NCBI GenBank assembly: GCA_040954595.2
Contig: CM082586.2
Location: 5,938,509 to 6,002,508 of the forward strand
Origin: Balanoglossus misakiensis
Taxonomy: Eukaryota > Animalia > Hemichordata
Length of the DNA: 64,000 bases
Direction of reading: 5' to 3'
Both the position numbers and the translations under genes were made by a program. Shown here in pieces: positions 53,740 through 64,000 of the stretch (position 1 is the stretch's first letter; each line of letters starts with the position of its first letter). The notes beneath the pieces are model-generated. The model worked only from the letters and a program-made list of their open reading frames with translations, had not been told where the DNA came from and ran no database searches.

Positions 53740-55157
53740 CGGAGTGACCAAGATCTCGGGTCGATCGAGTCAACTGTCAAAGTGAATCTTGCACGGATTC
53801 ACACAACCGAGCAGATGCTTCGGTCTGCTTCTCCATCGAGATCTCCCTCTAAAATGTCTTGGCGCATGCGCACTGTACTATCGCCGTACACAACCTCGTT
53901 CCACGACAATATAACTGAGCCTACAAAATTATTATATGTCCGCGTGTCTCTTGCCAACCAGGTGCCCTTGCAAGAATCTATACCCCTCGTAAAACGAAGC
54001 GGCTTTGCTGTCACAGACAGTGTGCTCTTAAAATCAACATGCACATAATTTCCTTCCATAGCCAGTTTGTCTACTGCAGATAAGACGACTTCTGCGTCAG
54101 CGTGATCAATAGACCGAGATACGGAACACAGAATAGATAACATGACTTTGAGCAGAAGGATGTATGGGCCTAGATACATGTTAGAGAGCAACTGTATTTA
54201 AATTGAACGATGACATGCTTTGCGGCAGACTTTTTACCGCCCGATAAAGATTCCCGTGAGGAATAAGGCTATTTCTAGAAAATCAATTTGATGCGCTTTC
54301 AATTAGCTTGATTTGTCTTCTGTGTGCTTTTAATTTTGTCTTGAGCGACACATCATCAAAGCGATGTGCTTGATATATGTGTCTTGTGCTAGTCCACTCA
54401 CTGTTTGCCATGAGATGTTCTCTTGTAGCTCGGGCTGGAGCATTTCTCGCAAGCATAGGTTGGTCCTCGTCCTGTCCCTGCGGCTGTGGGCATTAGTCCC
54501 ATACCACTTTTGTGTCTGACAGTTCTGATAATCACCAGTATGAAGGGTCATTTGCATAAATTCCCAACTTTCATTTAAGGTGGTATTCGTTTTAGTGTGA
54601 TTCCTGGTTCACAGATGCAGTCTGTCACAGTTCCAGTCGTTTGGATTGTAGCAGGTGCCAAAGCACATGATCCATGGCTTCAAAGATTTACAGAGAAAGA
54701 AATATACAGTCGCTCCATAGTAAACGCACCATTTCTGCATTTTAAATACCACAGCTAGACGCACATCGTTTGCCAGACACTCAATTTGATTCGGGCTATG
54801 TATTACTGAGTACACACGTGGATACGGATAGACTGCGATTCAGGAATCGCGGCACTATAATATGCAGAAAACCATTTCCATGTCTCCCCATCGTCTGATG
54901 GCGGTGAACGTACTGTCATAAACAAACGTTTGTCATTCATTGATTGAGAATGTTATCCATGCAGCAAAACCAGGAAACGAGGTTTAGCCAGAAAGATTGT
55001 CTTTATTTTCTGAATACTGACGTGTACGCATCTAAAGCAGGGGATTTACAGGAAATAGGCGTACTGAATTAACACAAGCCGTTTCGCTTCTAGTGAGGAG
55101 CGAGCTACAGGAGGAAGTCTCATGAATGAATATACATGTACTTACAGCTGAAACGAG

Positions 55158-55261
55158 CATACATACATACATACATACATACATACATACATACATACAT
55201 ACATACATACATACATACATACATACATACATACATACATACATACATACATACATACATA
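55158..55261. repeat. (CATA)n microsatellite
   Basis: Directly visible, about 26 perfect units. Confidence 0.98.
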
Positions 55262-55774
55262 GCAAATCGGACTTAAAGTATCATCAGTCAGTACCTATAA
55301 CAAGGAATAACAATCAATGATAAGATTTGATGACTAAACAGGCCTGACAGATTGCCATAATTGTACTACACAGTCATTGTGGTGCTGTACATCGGTACGC
55401 AGCACATTGAACACCGCGGTATGTATGCTTTTAAAAGAGAAACTATATAAGGTTCTGAGACAGGCAGAAACATCAAACTCTGTCACGATCACAACACGAT
55501 GTTCACAACAATGTATGCAACCATTTCCTCACAACACTGGACATGCGCAGCGGCCCCTGTCACCATGTACCATCCCTGCTATCACAGACCTGTACCACAA
55601 GGCCATGTCAGTGTCCCCAGTGCCAGGGTCTTTCAAGGGAGGGCCCGCTGCAGTAGCGATTTGTATTTTTTTTTTTTTTTATGCTTCGCTTTTTTTGGTC
55701 TATCAATTTTCTGCATCGGCGCTGCACAATGACGTCGTCACTGATGTCTTTTTACATTCCACATCCAGTTTTAG

Positions 55775-55945
55775 CTACACTGCTTGCATTGGGATGTAGT
55801 TATGGTTCTTCGTGCTTCGGGAGCCTGGTCCAATATTTACTGTCGTGTTCGTTGTGTTAGATGCCGTAGTCGTTTCGTAGTACGGCGAGGTGACTTGGAT
55901 GCCTATAGCCTGCTTCATCCTGTACATTAATCTCCCGGCGTCTTT
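55775..55945 (-). CDS. GPCR coding exon 4 (helix 8, Ser/Thr-rich C-tail, stop)
   Basis: Acceptor ttctccttccag|AAA. Reads KDAGRLMYRMK...IPMQAV then TAG. 171 nt, in frame with exon 3. Confidence 0.85.
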   Translation of the reverse strand, partial: KDAGRLMYRMKQAIGIQVTSPYYETTTASNTTNTTVNIGPGSRSTKNHNYIPMQAV

Positions 55946-56164
55946 CTGGAAGGAGAACAAATACATGTACGGAAGTATTGATTGAGCCGAAACAAACGTC
56001 CCCTGTCAGGGCGCGTGTCTGCCCTCCTTTCTATCTCTCTCTTGCCCCCTCTCCAGCCCTCCCTCCATCTCCCCACGATTTGGAGAATAACACTCAATCA
56101 CGCACTCATTCATTCTCTCTCTCTCTCACCTGACTTTAATTAGATTTAGCTTTACAGCACTTAC

Positions 56165-56380
56165 CTTGAACTTGTCGCTAAGGAACACATACACGATAGG
56201 ATTGAAGACACTATCGGAAAAGATGAGCCATATGAATATGCAGGCGCGCGCCGTTATCGTTGCTTCGGCGTGCGTTCGGAGGTATTCGGGGTTGTATGTG
56301 ACAACGAATACATTGTAGATGTTCAGGGGAAGCCAGCACACGCCAAACAGGATTACAAGGGCCACGATTGTGCGTACAGC
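56165..56380 (-). CDS. GPCR coding exon 3 (TM6-TM7)
   Basis: Acceptor tttctgcag|GCT. Contains FGVCWLP (CWxP) and FNPIVY (NPxxY). Donor AAG|GTAAGT. 216 nt, phase 0-0. Confidence 0.95.
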
Positions 56381-56616
56381 CTGCAGAAATCAAACACGTC
56401 ATTGCCAGTGGTTTATATTTACTGCATCAAATTTGATTATGCTGGCTCAAGATCTCCATACCTTGTGTGTGAGTCTATCTAAAACACACTGGGTATGGAG
56501 ACCAGGGCCTGATGGCGTTATGTTAGTCACCAACTAATTTGACTCCTGCACTAGTAAACGCATGTTCCATGAAAAGCGCTCGGCTGTTCAAATATATCTG
56601 TATACGTAATACGTAC

Positions 56617-57021
56617 CTTACGGTTGGCCATCCTCTGTTCCTTGTCCCGCCTCTCGTCGACTTGACCGGGCAGGGTTCGCGCCCACAGCTTGGAGGCCAC
56701 CATGCAGTAGCATCCGCACAGTATGGCGAGCGGTATCAGGTACGTCAGGGCGAACGTCAGCCACACGTAGATCTCCCTGCTCTCGTTTCCCGGCCAGTCC
56801 TCGTTGCACTTGGCGGTCGTCGCGTTTTCGCCGGTCTGGTACTCCACGTACGAGTTGTACACGATCTTGGGACTGGCCATGCCCATCGCCACTGCCCAAA
56901 TCACCACGACGATGACCAGCTTCTGGTCCTTCGAGATCCTCCTTCCCAACGGCGACAGGACCACGCGGCACCGATCTACGCCGATGACCACAACGGTGTA
57001 TATGCTGACTATTTGTGATGT
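56617..57021 (-). CDS. GPCR coding exon 2 (TM3-TM5, ICL3)
   Basis: Acceptor tattttaag|ACATCA. Reads TSQIVSIYTVVVIGVDRC...VVIWAVAMGMASP...CNEDWP...LTYLIPLAILCGCY...MANRK. Donor AAG|GTACGT. 405 nt, phase 0-0. Confidence 0.95.
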
Positions 57022-57446
57022 CTTAAAATAGAAAGAGAGAAATGAGGTGGAAAGCTTTTATTAATGATCATGTCAGAATGTCATATGTCATTTTAGGTAT
57101 ATATCTACATATCTGTACATTCAAAGGAGTAAGGCGGAGGAATTCATCGGTGAAATAAGTACAGTGTGTAGTGCATAAATAAACCCTAGTGTTTTAAAGA
57201 GCCTTATCTTTACCTGTATTAGGCGTTATGAAGTAACCTGTCTTCTGTCTATACCGGTATTTCCTCGCCGCGATTAATAATCGACCGTAGACAAACAAAG
57301 CAATGCCCTTATATTTTCAAACATGTCCCGTTTTAGACATATTCAAATGAATTCATGACTGAATTAGAACAATAGCGAATTAACAGATATATGGGTTTTT
57401 ATGTCGCGGATTGACATTTAATTATTACACATTCGAAACGTCGTGT

Positions 57447-57505
57447 CGTTGTTGTTGTTGTTGCTGGTGCTGGTGCTGCTGCTGCTGTTGTTGTTGTTGT
57501 TGTTG
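57447..57505. repeat. Trinucleotide run (GTT)n/(GCT)n in GPCR intron 1
   Basis: Directly visible. Confidence 0.85.
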
Positions 57506-58152
57506 TACTTATAAGACAAGTAAAGACAAGTAAATGGTTTCTGGAGCACAGTAGAAGCGATGATTTTGATGCTTTATTTTCAAAATATACAATTTGATTC
57601 AATTTACACAGCAGTTTTCTACATACATCATCGTTTTCATTAATATTGAATTCTAATTTTCTTGATTGCATTGATCTATTTACTAAATAACGGAATTGCC
57701 CATACTCAGCCAATAGCTCTGTCGGCATGGACATAAGTTTGTCACATGTATTTTAGCCTAAAATCCATCATTAAGAATTTTAAGGCTAATATCTTCATAG
57801 GCTTGCTAAACAAAAGACCAGATCATTGGAAATGCTTTAGCGAAAATTAATCTTAGTTTCTACAACAAGTGTCAGTACGATACTTATATAAATAGTGCGA
57901 TACGATGACAGTAACTGTTCAATTACGCACTTCATTAATTTTAAGTGGTTATAATAAAACACACGAAGAGATCTGTAGTACAGTTTCCAGGGTGACCATC
58001 AAAGATACCTTTCCGTTGTAATAGAAGGAAAGCGTATGGATATGTGTGAACTTCGCCCACTGTCTGTCTATGGATATGAGTTTATGAAAACCGCCAGTGC
58101 TAGTATGAATGTAAGCCGTTTCCGTCCCGTGTTACATTAAAAGAGTCCTTAC

Positions 58153-58524
58153 CTTCTGTGCGAAGGGGATTATGGTGCACATGACTTCTCCGAAGATCCA
58201 CTCGGACATCATCGTGTACGCGAAGAGGAAGGGCAGACAGAGAAGGCCCAGACTCCAGTCAGACAACGCCAAGTTCAACATCAGGCTGTTCAGCGGCTGC
58301 TTGCGTTTCTTGCCGCACGTCATCACGCTCATGACGACGCAGTTGCCGATGCAGGAGACGGCGACGCATACTGCGAAAATGCTGGTCAAGATGACGACCA
58401 CATGAGTCTCCAGTTTCGTGTACGTGAAGTAATGGGTATCGTTATAATAAGAATAACTGTACGATTCATCATCATGATCGTCGAACAAAGCGAGATCATC
58501 TTCGATTGATTGGTAGTCGGCCAT
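58153..58524 (-). CDS. Rhodopsin-like (class A) neuropeptide-type GPCR, coding exon 1 of 4 (N-terminus, TM1-TM2, start of TM3). Full CDS join(58153..58524,56617..57021,56165..56380,55775..55945), 387 aa
   Basis: ATG at 58524. TM1 'SCIGNCVV', TM2 'LMLNLALSD', ECL1 'WIFGEVMC'. Ends PFAQK at donor AAG|GTAAGG (phase 0). 372 nt. Motifs fit the tachykinin/luqin-RYamide/GPR83/QRFP-type receptor group; the exact family cannot be assigned. Confidence 0.95.
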
Positions 58525-61500
58525 TGGGTCCCGGTTTTCGCTTGGCTAGTACTAGTAGTAGGCAAAATGTGTACGAACGACAGGGCTCACCACCAATAGA
58601 TCCAAAGTTACACTGGATATGGTTCGTTAGAAGTGACGTCGGTTGGTCAAGGCTTCTCTAACTGACAGAGACCGCCTGATAAAATGCGCACACGCGCGGG
58701 TGATCAAGCATTATTCAAAGAAAACTCTTCCAATTGGTGTTTAAAATGTCAAACAAATTGACTACGTGAACTTTGCTCCACGCCTATCTCCGGCGTACCC
58801 GCATTTTGTTTTATTATCCCGCCGTCCGTGTATGGTAATGGCCGCCCAGTTGTATGCAAAGTAGCACAAACAGACAGCTACTGTATTCTGACCAGGTAAT
58901 GATAGATTTCCTGTCGCAGTGGTAGCGGCACTCAAATCAGTCAGTTACTTTCTTCTCAAGTGAACGAAATTCACTCGACTCCCTTAGAGTAGCCAAACAG
59001 ACACTGACCATAAGTGTATGTTATTTGTCGGTTTAGGCTTTTCCTTTACACTTGAACAGTCATGCCTGGAATAGAAAAAGATACTAGCGTCAATGACACT
59101 GTGCTTCCATATAATTGAACAGGATTACATTCATCTGCGCCCATATACTGCAGGTATGCAGTTAACGTCGATATTGGCTCTCGTACTGATCAAATCCAAC
59201 GGGCATTCCGAGGAATTGTTCAAATGCTTACTGAAGTCATTGGTATCACGGGGTGTGAACGATAGAATGTAGCCCCAAAATCAATACACAGCCCAACCTT
59301 ACAGTCCATGGTACTCCCCTCTATTAAATTAGACATCCCACCCACCCCTTCCCAACCCGTTTACTTCTTTCACTCCCATTATACCGCATATCTTTCGGGG
59401 GGTTTTTGCAACCCATTTTTGAGCTTAGCTATAGCTACACCCTACAATGTACATGTTCATTATGCTATGTCTTGACCAGGAAATACTTGTCAGGGCTATA
59501 TCGCCCCGTGTGACATATAAGGATGTACGATCGGTAAAATTGAAAGTATTGCCTTTTCTTTTATAGCAACCCTCCATGGCAAACCCTTCAAGGGATAACG
59601 TGCACTGGTTGTTGTGTTTGATAGCGCATAGATCCAAAACTGAAACGGGCACAATATCGCAATATCAGTCCAATATGCCCCGATAATGAATAGTCGATAC
59701 TTTAATTAAGGTAAAAACCGTTGTCTAGACAAATTAATAATTTATACACGGCCACATTGTCCTTGTGTACGTAAGATACACATTGTAGTTTGTCACTTAG
59801 TCTAATTAGTTATTTGGAAGAAATGGTTTAAATTCAGCTGACAACAACAAGCATAGAGACGACTAACATGCGTGTACGCCGATACATCATCTCGCTCGCC
59901 CGCATAGCACAGAAACCAACACGGTTCATGTATTGGTTTGTGCGTCACACCGTGAAATATCTCATCCATCTGCAATGGAAAACCGGAAATAGGAAAGAAT
60001 GCATATTCCGGGTAATTGGGACATGACCTATTACATTCTATATCTCCAAACATACCTGGAGAAAATCCTCTGGTGCCGATACTCATGACGCTTCCCTCGA
60101 AATAGCCCGATACATCATATTAATGAACGTCCGTGGTGACATTTCGCAGAATGTATTTAGAATAAGAGGATAATACGGCGCTGCAATTCAGTAACGCCTT
60201 AATCCTGACGGCCATTCTAGTGCTGAAGGATTTTGCACTCAGCTGTTTGTAATACATTTGTTGCCTGTTATGGATGTGTTGCTAATCCTGACATGTCAGA
60301 ACCAATTATAAATGCTGAATTGATTCTTTGCTCAAATATAGACCATTTCGAGTACCCTGGGCTACCTATCTGTCAGTGTCATTAAAGCCCCAACAACTGC
60401 CATTTTTAAAATTATTTTCATGATTTTACTTTCGGACTTAGGATGTCCCATTTCAGTGAGTTAACTGGGGGTATACACTGACAAACATATTATCAACCTC
60501 TGACTGTGGTTGTACATTTAAATATGAACAAATTAAATAATAAACGGGTGCCGCACCCGCTTATTCAGCTGCCCATTGCAAGTGCACACAACCATCGTGG
60601 TATGCGCACATTCCAAATAAATGGAAAAGCTGCGTGACAGCATCATCTTCCAGGGGACTGACACGGAATAAATCCTGGTATGATGACGCAATTAAATTCA
60701 CAGTGTTATTCAATAAAACAAAGAATACTTACAATAATTAGTTGGGAACAATAGAAATCCTATGCACATAATAATACAAAGACACGTACACGTACCTGTT
60801 AGACAATGCAAGGATTTCAATTAATTATCGGCCCACTTGCGACAGATTATTGTTGTCAATAACAGAGAGAGAGCAGTTCAACATATGACGCATGTCAAAC
60901 AGCTTTACTCGGAGATTCTCCAGTAATCGTCACGTATTATGCTCTTAAGTGTTTGTGCAAAGAGAGTTTAAATGTTACTTTACTAAATGATGATGACAGG
61001 CTTGGATTATCCGTGTACACTGTACTTGTAATGACTAAGGGGCGAACCAGTTGATATCCGTGGGGGGTCTGAAAGTTTTTCGAGGGAAATAAAGATTCCA
61101 GGCAAATATCAATTGTAAAATTCAGCCAGAGAATGTATTAAAATAAAAAGATGATGACACGCTAAGGTAAAAGAAACGTACCCAAGGAGTGTACAAAAAT
61201 TGCCAGAAATTGAATCAGCGAGTAAAAAATGGTCAGTGAGCCAGTTTATTCCTCGCAGCTCACGTCTTGCTACGAGGCTATGTATACATATATACCCTGG
61301 TGCTCGCTTGACGCAGGCTTCGTTCAGCCGAGCTTCGCTCGCCCGTAAAGTTGCAGGCCTATATCCAATCGTGGATAAATGTGAGTGTGTTGTTGGTTTT
61401 TTGAGGAGAAGGGGGGGGGGGTCGAGAGGTGGTCTGTGACAGCTCGAGAGTCTAACTTCAGTACAGTGAAGAGCTACTGATTGAAACGGCTGTAATCCAA

Positions 61501-64000
61501 GTCGTGCTCACGATGAAAAGAAATGAAAGTGCAGGCTATTTGGCTAGTGTCTATAAAGGCAATAAGAACATTGTTATCTCAAATTAAATTTTGCCTGCAT
61601 TTACGCCCTGAAAACTGAGTAAGTCGCAGGAGTATTGGGGATTCCAATTTGCGTGTAATTGTTTATACGAATAATCACATAAGGCTTTCACGTGCCTACT
61701 CGATATCAACGTTAAGCCAAAGACATTCCGGATATCTCAAACGTATTGCATGATGAAGTCGCCGCCAAGTGACATTTTCTCAATGTATGTTTAAATGAAA
61801 TTCTAATTGATTTTGTAACTCATTTGTCTTCTACCTTCACTGTGACCTGAAATTCCCTAACGGATATTAGAACTGCCGAATGGGTTTGTTCAGATCCGCG
61901 TATTTTTAAATCACGCAATCAGAGAACAATGAAGTGGACCCGACTACTAATCGCGTTACGCTATTCCCAGGAGCAGAGCGATCATATCGGGGAGGAAGGG
62001 AAGGGACACTTGTTAGTCACAACAATTCTGATTGGCGTCGGGGGATACATTCAGATAAAAAGATTTTTTGAATTGGTTGTATTTGCATCTTAAAGGACTC
62101 TATCTCTCACCGATATCGAGCAGCCAATCTGTAGTAGATAGGTTATTGACAGTCATCTAAGATGTTATGATCATGTTCATATGCTGAGCATTGTGTGGAG
62201 TGAGCAAGGCGAAAAAACACGTCTGGATTCTAGACCAGGTGGGAGTGAGCGACAACTAGTTCGGGGTTATACACTTGAGCAGACTATCTCTGTACGTTTT
62301 AATATTAAACAGACAGATGATTGTAATTGCATAGCAGACAGGAAAGATAGCTTTCAAAGAAATGGTTTAGAATGAATTGACCCTGATTCGTTTTAATCTC
62401 TAAACGTGCCCCGGGTGTCAATTCCCGCGTACAGTATATCGGCAACTTTCACGCGCCCCCCCCCCCTTCTCTTCTACATGACCTTACATCTTGGTATTTT
62501 TCGTGTAGTATCCTAAAATGCCAAGTTTTCTGATAGTCAAAAAGTCATGTGTACCATTGTTATTGTTGACAAACACATATATCCCTACTTGATATTCAAT
62601 ATAAAAACAATAACAATGCTGATTATGCAAACATGGTCTATGACGGAAAGATGAATACGGAGGACTCCACGACATATGCAAAACAGCGCTCGTCATGGTG
62701 TAAATACGCATTATAACCTTCACGGAAATAACATGGTGCCATCCCCTCTAACAAATGTCAATATATTATCTGCTTTGTTTGTAATATAGAGCTAGTTACA
62801 TTCATTTACCCGTTCAGTCAGAAATCAACGTTGTTACTGGAAAGGTTATTCGGGGGACAGAATTCAAAAAATGCCAGAATAGGCCTGCAAATTGTAAAAC
62901 AGATGCATTTAAAAAAAGTCTTAAGAGAACTATCGCGGAAATGACGTAAAACTAAATCAGGCAATCTGATCGTTCAAGCTAATAAAATTACCAGTCCATG
63001 AGATGGAGAAAACATTAATGACATGACCGGCAATATCGTAAGTAACGGCACCAGCTGCCCCGGCGGAATGCATAAGCGTGCACCGATAAAATGCCGCACA
63101 CAACGCGAGTGCAAATCTCCTGTGTGATTTCACATTCTGTCAGTCACTGAACTGCTTGCCACGTATCGTCAACTTATTGAAACTCTGAGAGTCAGGAATC
63201 TGCGAAAGCAGTTACTCGTGTGAAATTGAATTCGTGCGACGGTTTGCAATTATCAAAACCAACTTCAGTAAAAGTGTGACCACAGCGCTATTTCACTGCG
63301 TATACTATTAGTTTCTCTTACCTTACGGTCATCACACGAATCCCCGGCGTTTACGTCAAGTGAGGTAGATATATCCTAAAACTGAGCTGAAGCCGATGGA
63401 CATTTTCTGGATGATTAAGAATTAATCACGGTTTAAAATTAAGGGTCATCCCTCCCGTCAAATACAAATCAAGTGAGATGATATAAAGTGCGGTCGCAAT
63501 GAGAAACCTTAGATGGTGTAGCTGGGGATGATAACATACGCCACTGATTCTTCCAACTGTGGTTAATGATCCGTGATTTTCGATCTTGAATTTGCTAAAA
63601 AAAATCGGAGGGAGGGGGATTATTTCAAGTGCGCCAGCTGTAGCAAGTCGCACGCAGCTGGTTCGTGTCTGTAATCGCATACGCATAGGCTGTTTTTGAT
63701 GTAGACTCAGGGGGAAAAAATCAATGTTGAATGCAATCACAAAGAAAAGATGGGGGCAGTTGCCATACTTTCCAAAGTGCGTGTTTTAGGGGAACGTCAC
63801 GCTATGATCATATTTCAAGTAACAATCAAACCGATATTGAGGTTCATTCTCACTAATGGGGCTGAGCGAACTAAGCATTATGAACTCGACAATGCTGCAC
63901 ATGCATTTTCACAAGATATGTTCAAACTAATTTCATGTTTTAAATGCATGAAGTATATACTGACAAAATACCGGACTATGAATAATTTTCCTGATTTGGA

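Larger units (their letters stand above)
52178..54179 (-). pseudogene. Intronless disrupted gene for a signal-peptide-bearing protein, interrupted by two insertions; possibly SEL1L3 N-terminal-like
   Basis: ATG 54179 opens MYLGPYILLLKVMLSILCSVSRS. Protein-like reading continues past TGA 53799-53801, resumes at 53177-53122 (VAYINVSSRTLTGGETIF), and again at 52567-52178 in one frame with two internal stops. The homology call is from memory only. Confidence 0.5.

Noticed and set aside
53235-53747. Cluster of 60-113-aa ORFs on both strands
   Set aside because: They fall within the GC-rich LTR-like element and show no gag/pol motifs.
56539-57031. 159-aa and 75-aa + strand ORFs and a 117-aa alternate-frame ORF over GPCR exon 2 (also 58172-58405)
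   Set aside because: These are shadow ORFs caused by the GC-rich codon usage of the real - strand exons.

Overview
This is AT-rich, intron-containing animal DNA. A marine deuterostome such as a hemichordate is my guess from repeat style only. Nearly all ORFs in the supplied track are spurious, so genes were rebuilt by hand from splice signals. Bases 1-40 kb hold no intact gene I can support, only old repeats and several decayed exon remnants. Bases 41-59 kb hold five coding loci: (1) a 4-coding-exon gene for a 105-aa secreted prepropeptide with a signal peptide, acidic pro-segments, dibasic sites and a Gly/Arg/Lys-rich tail; (2) a 2-exon gene for a 98-aa secreted cationic 8-Cys hevein-like (chitin-binding type 1) peptide; (3) an orphan acidic/basic exon on the - strand; (4) an intronless pseudogene split by an LTR-like and a Kolobok-like insertion; (5) an intact 4-exon, 387-aa rhodopsin-family neuropeptide-type GPCR on the - strand. 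Several MITEs with clear TIRs and target-site duplications, plus (TACA)n microsatellites, are also present. The best candidate for something undescribed is the pair of small secreted-peptide genes next to an orphan peptide GPCR.
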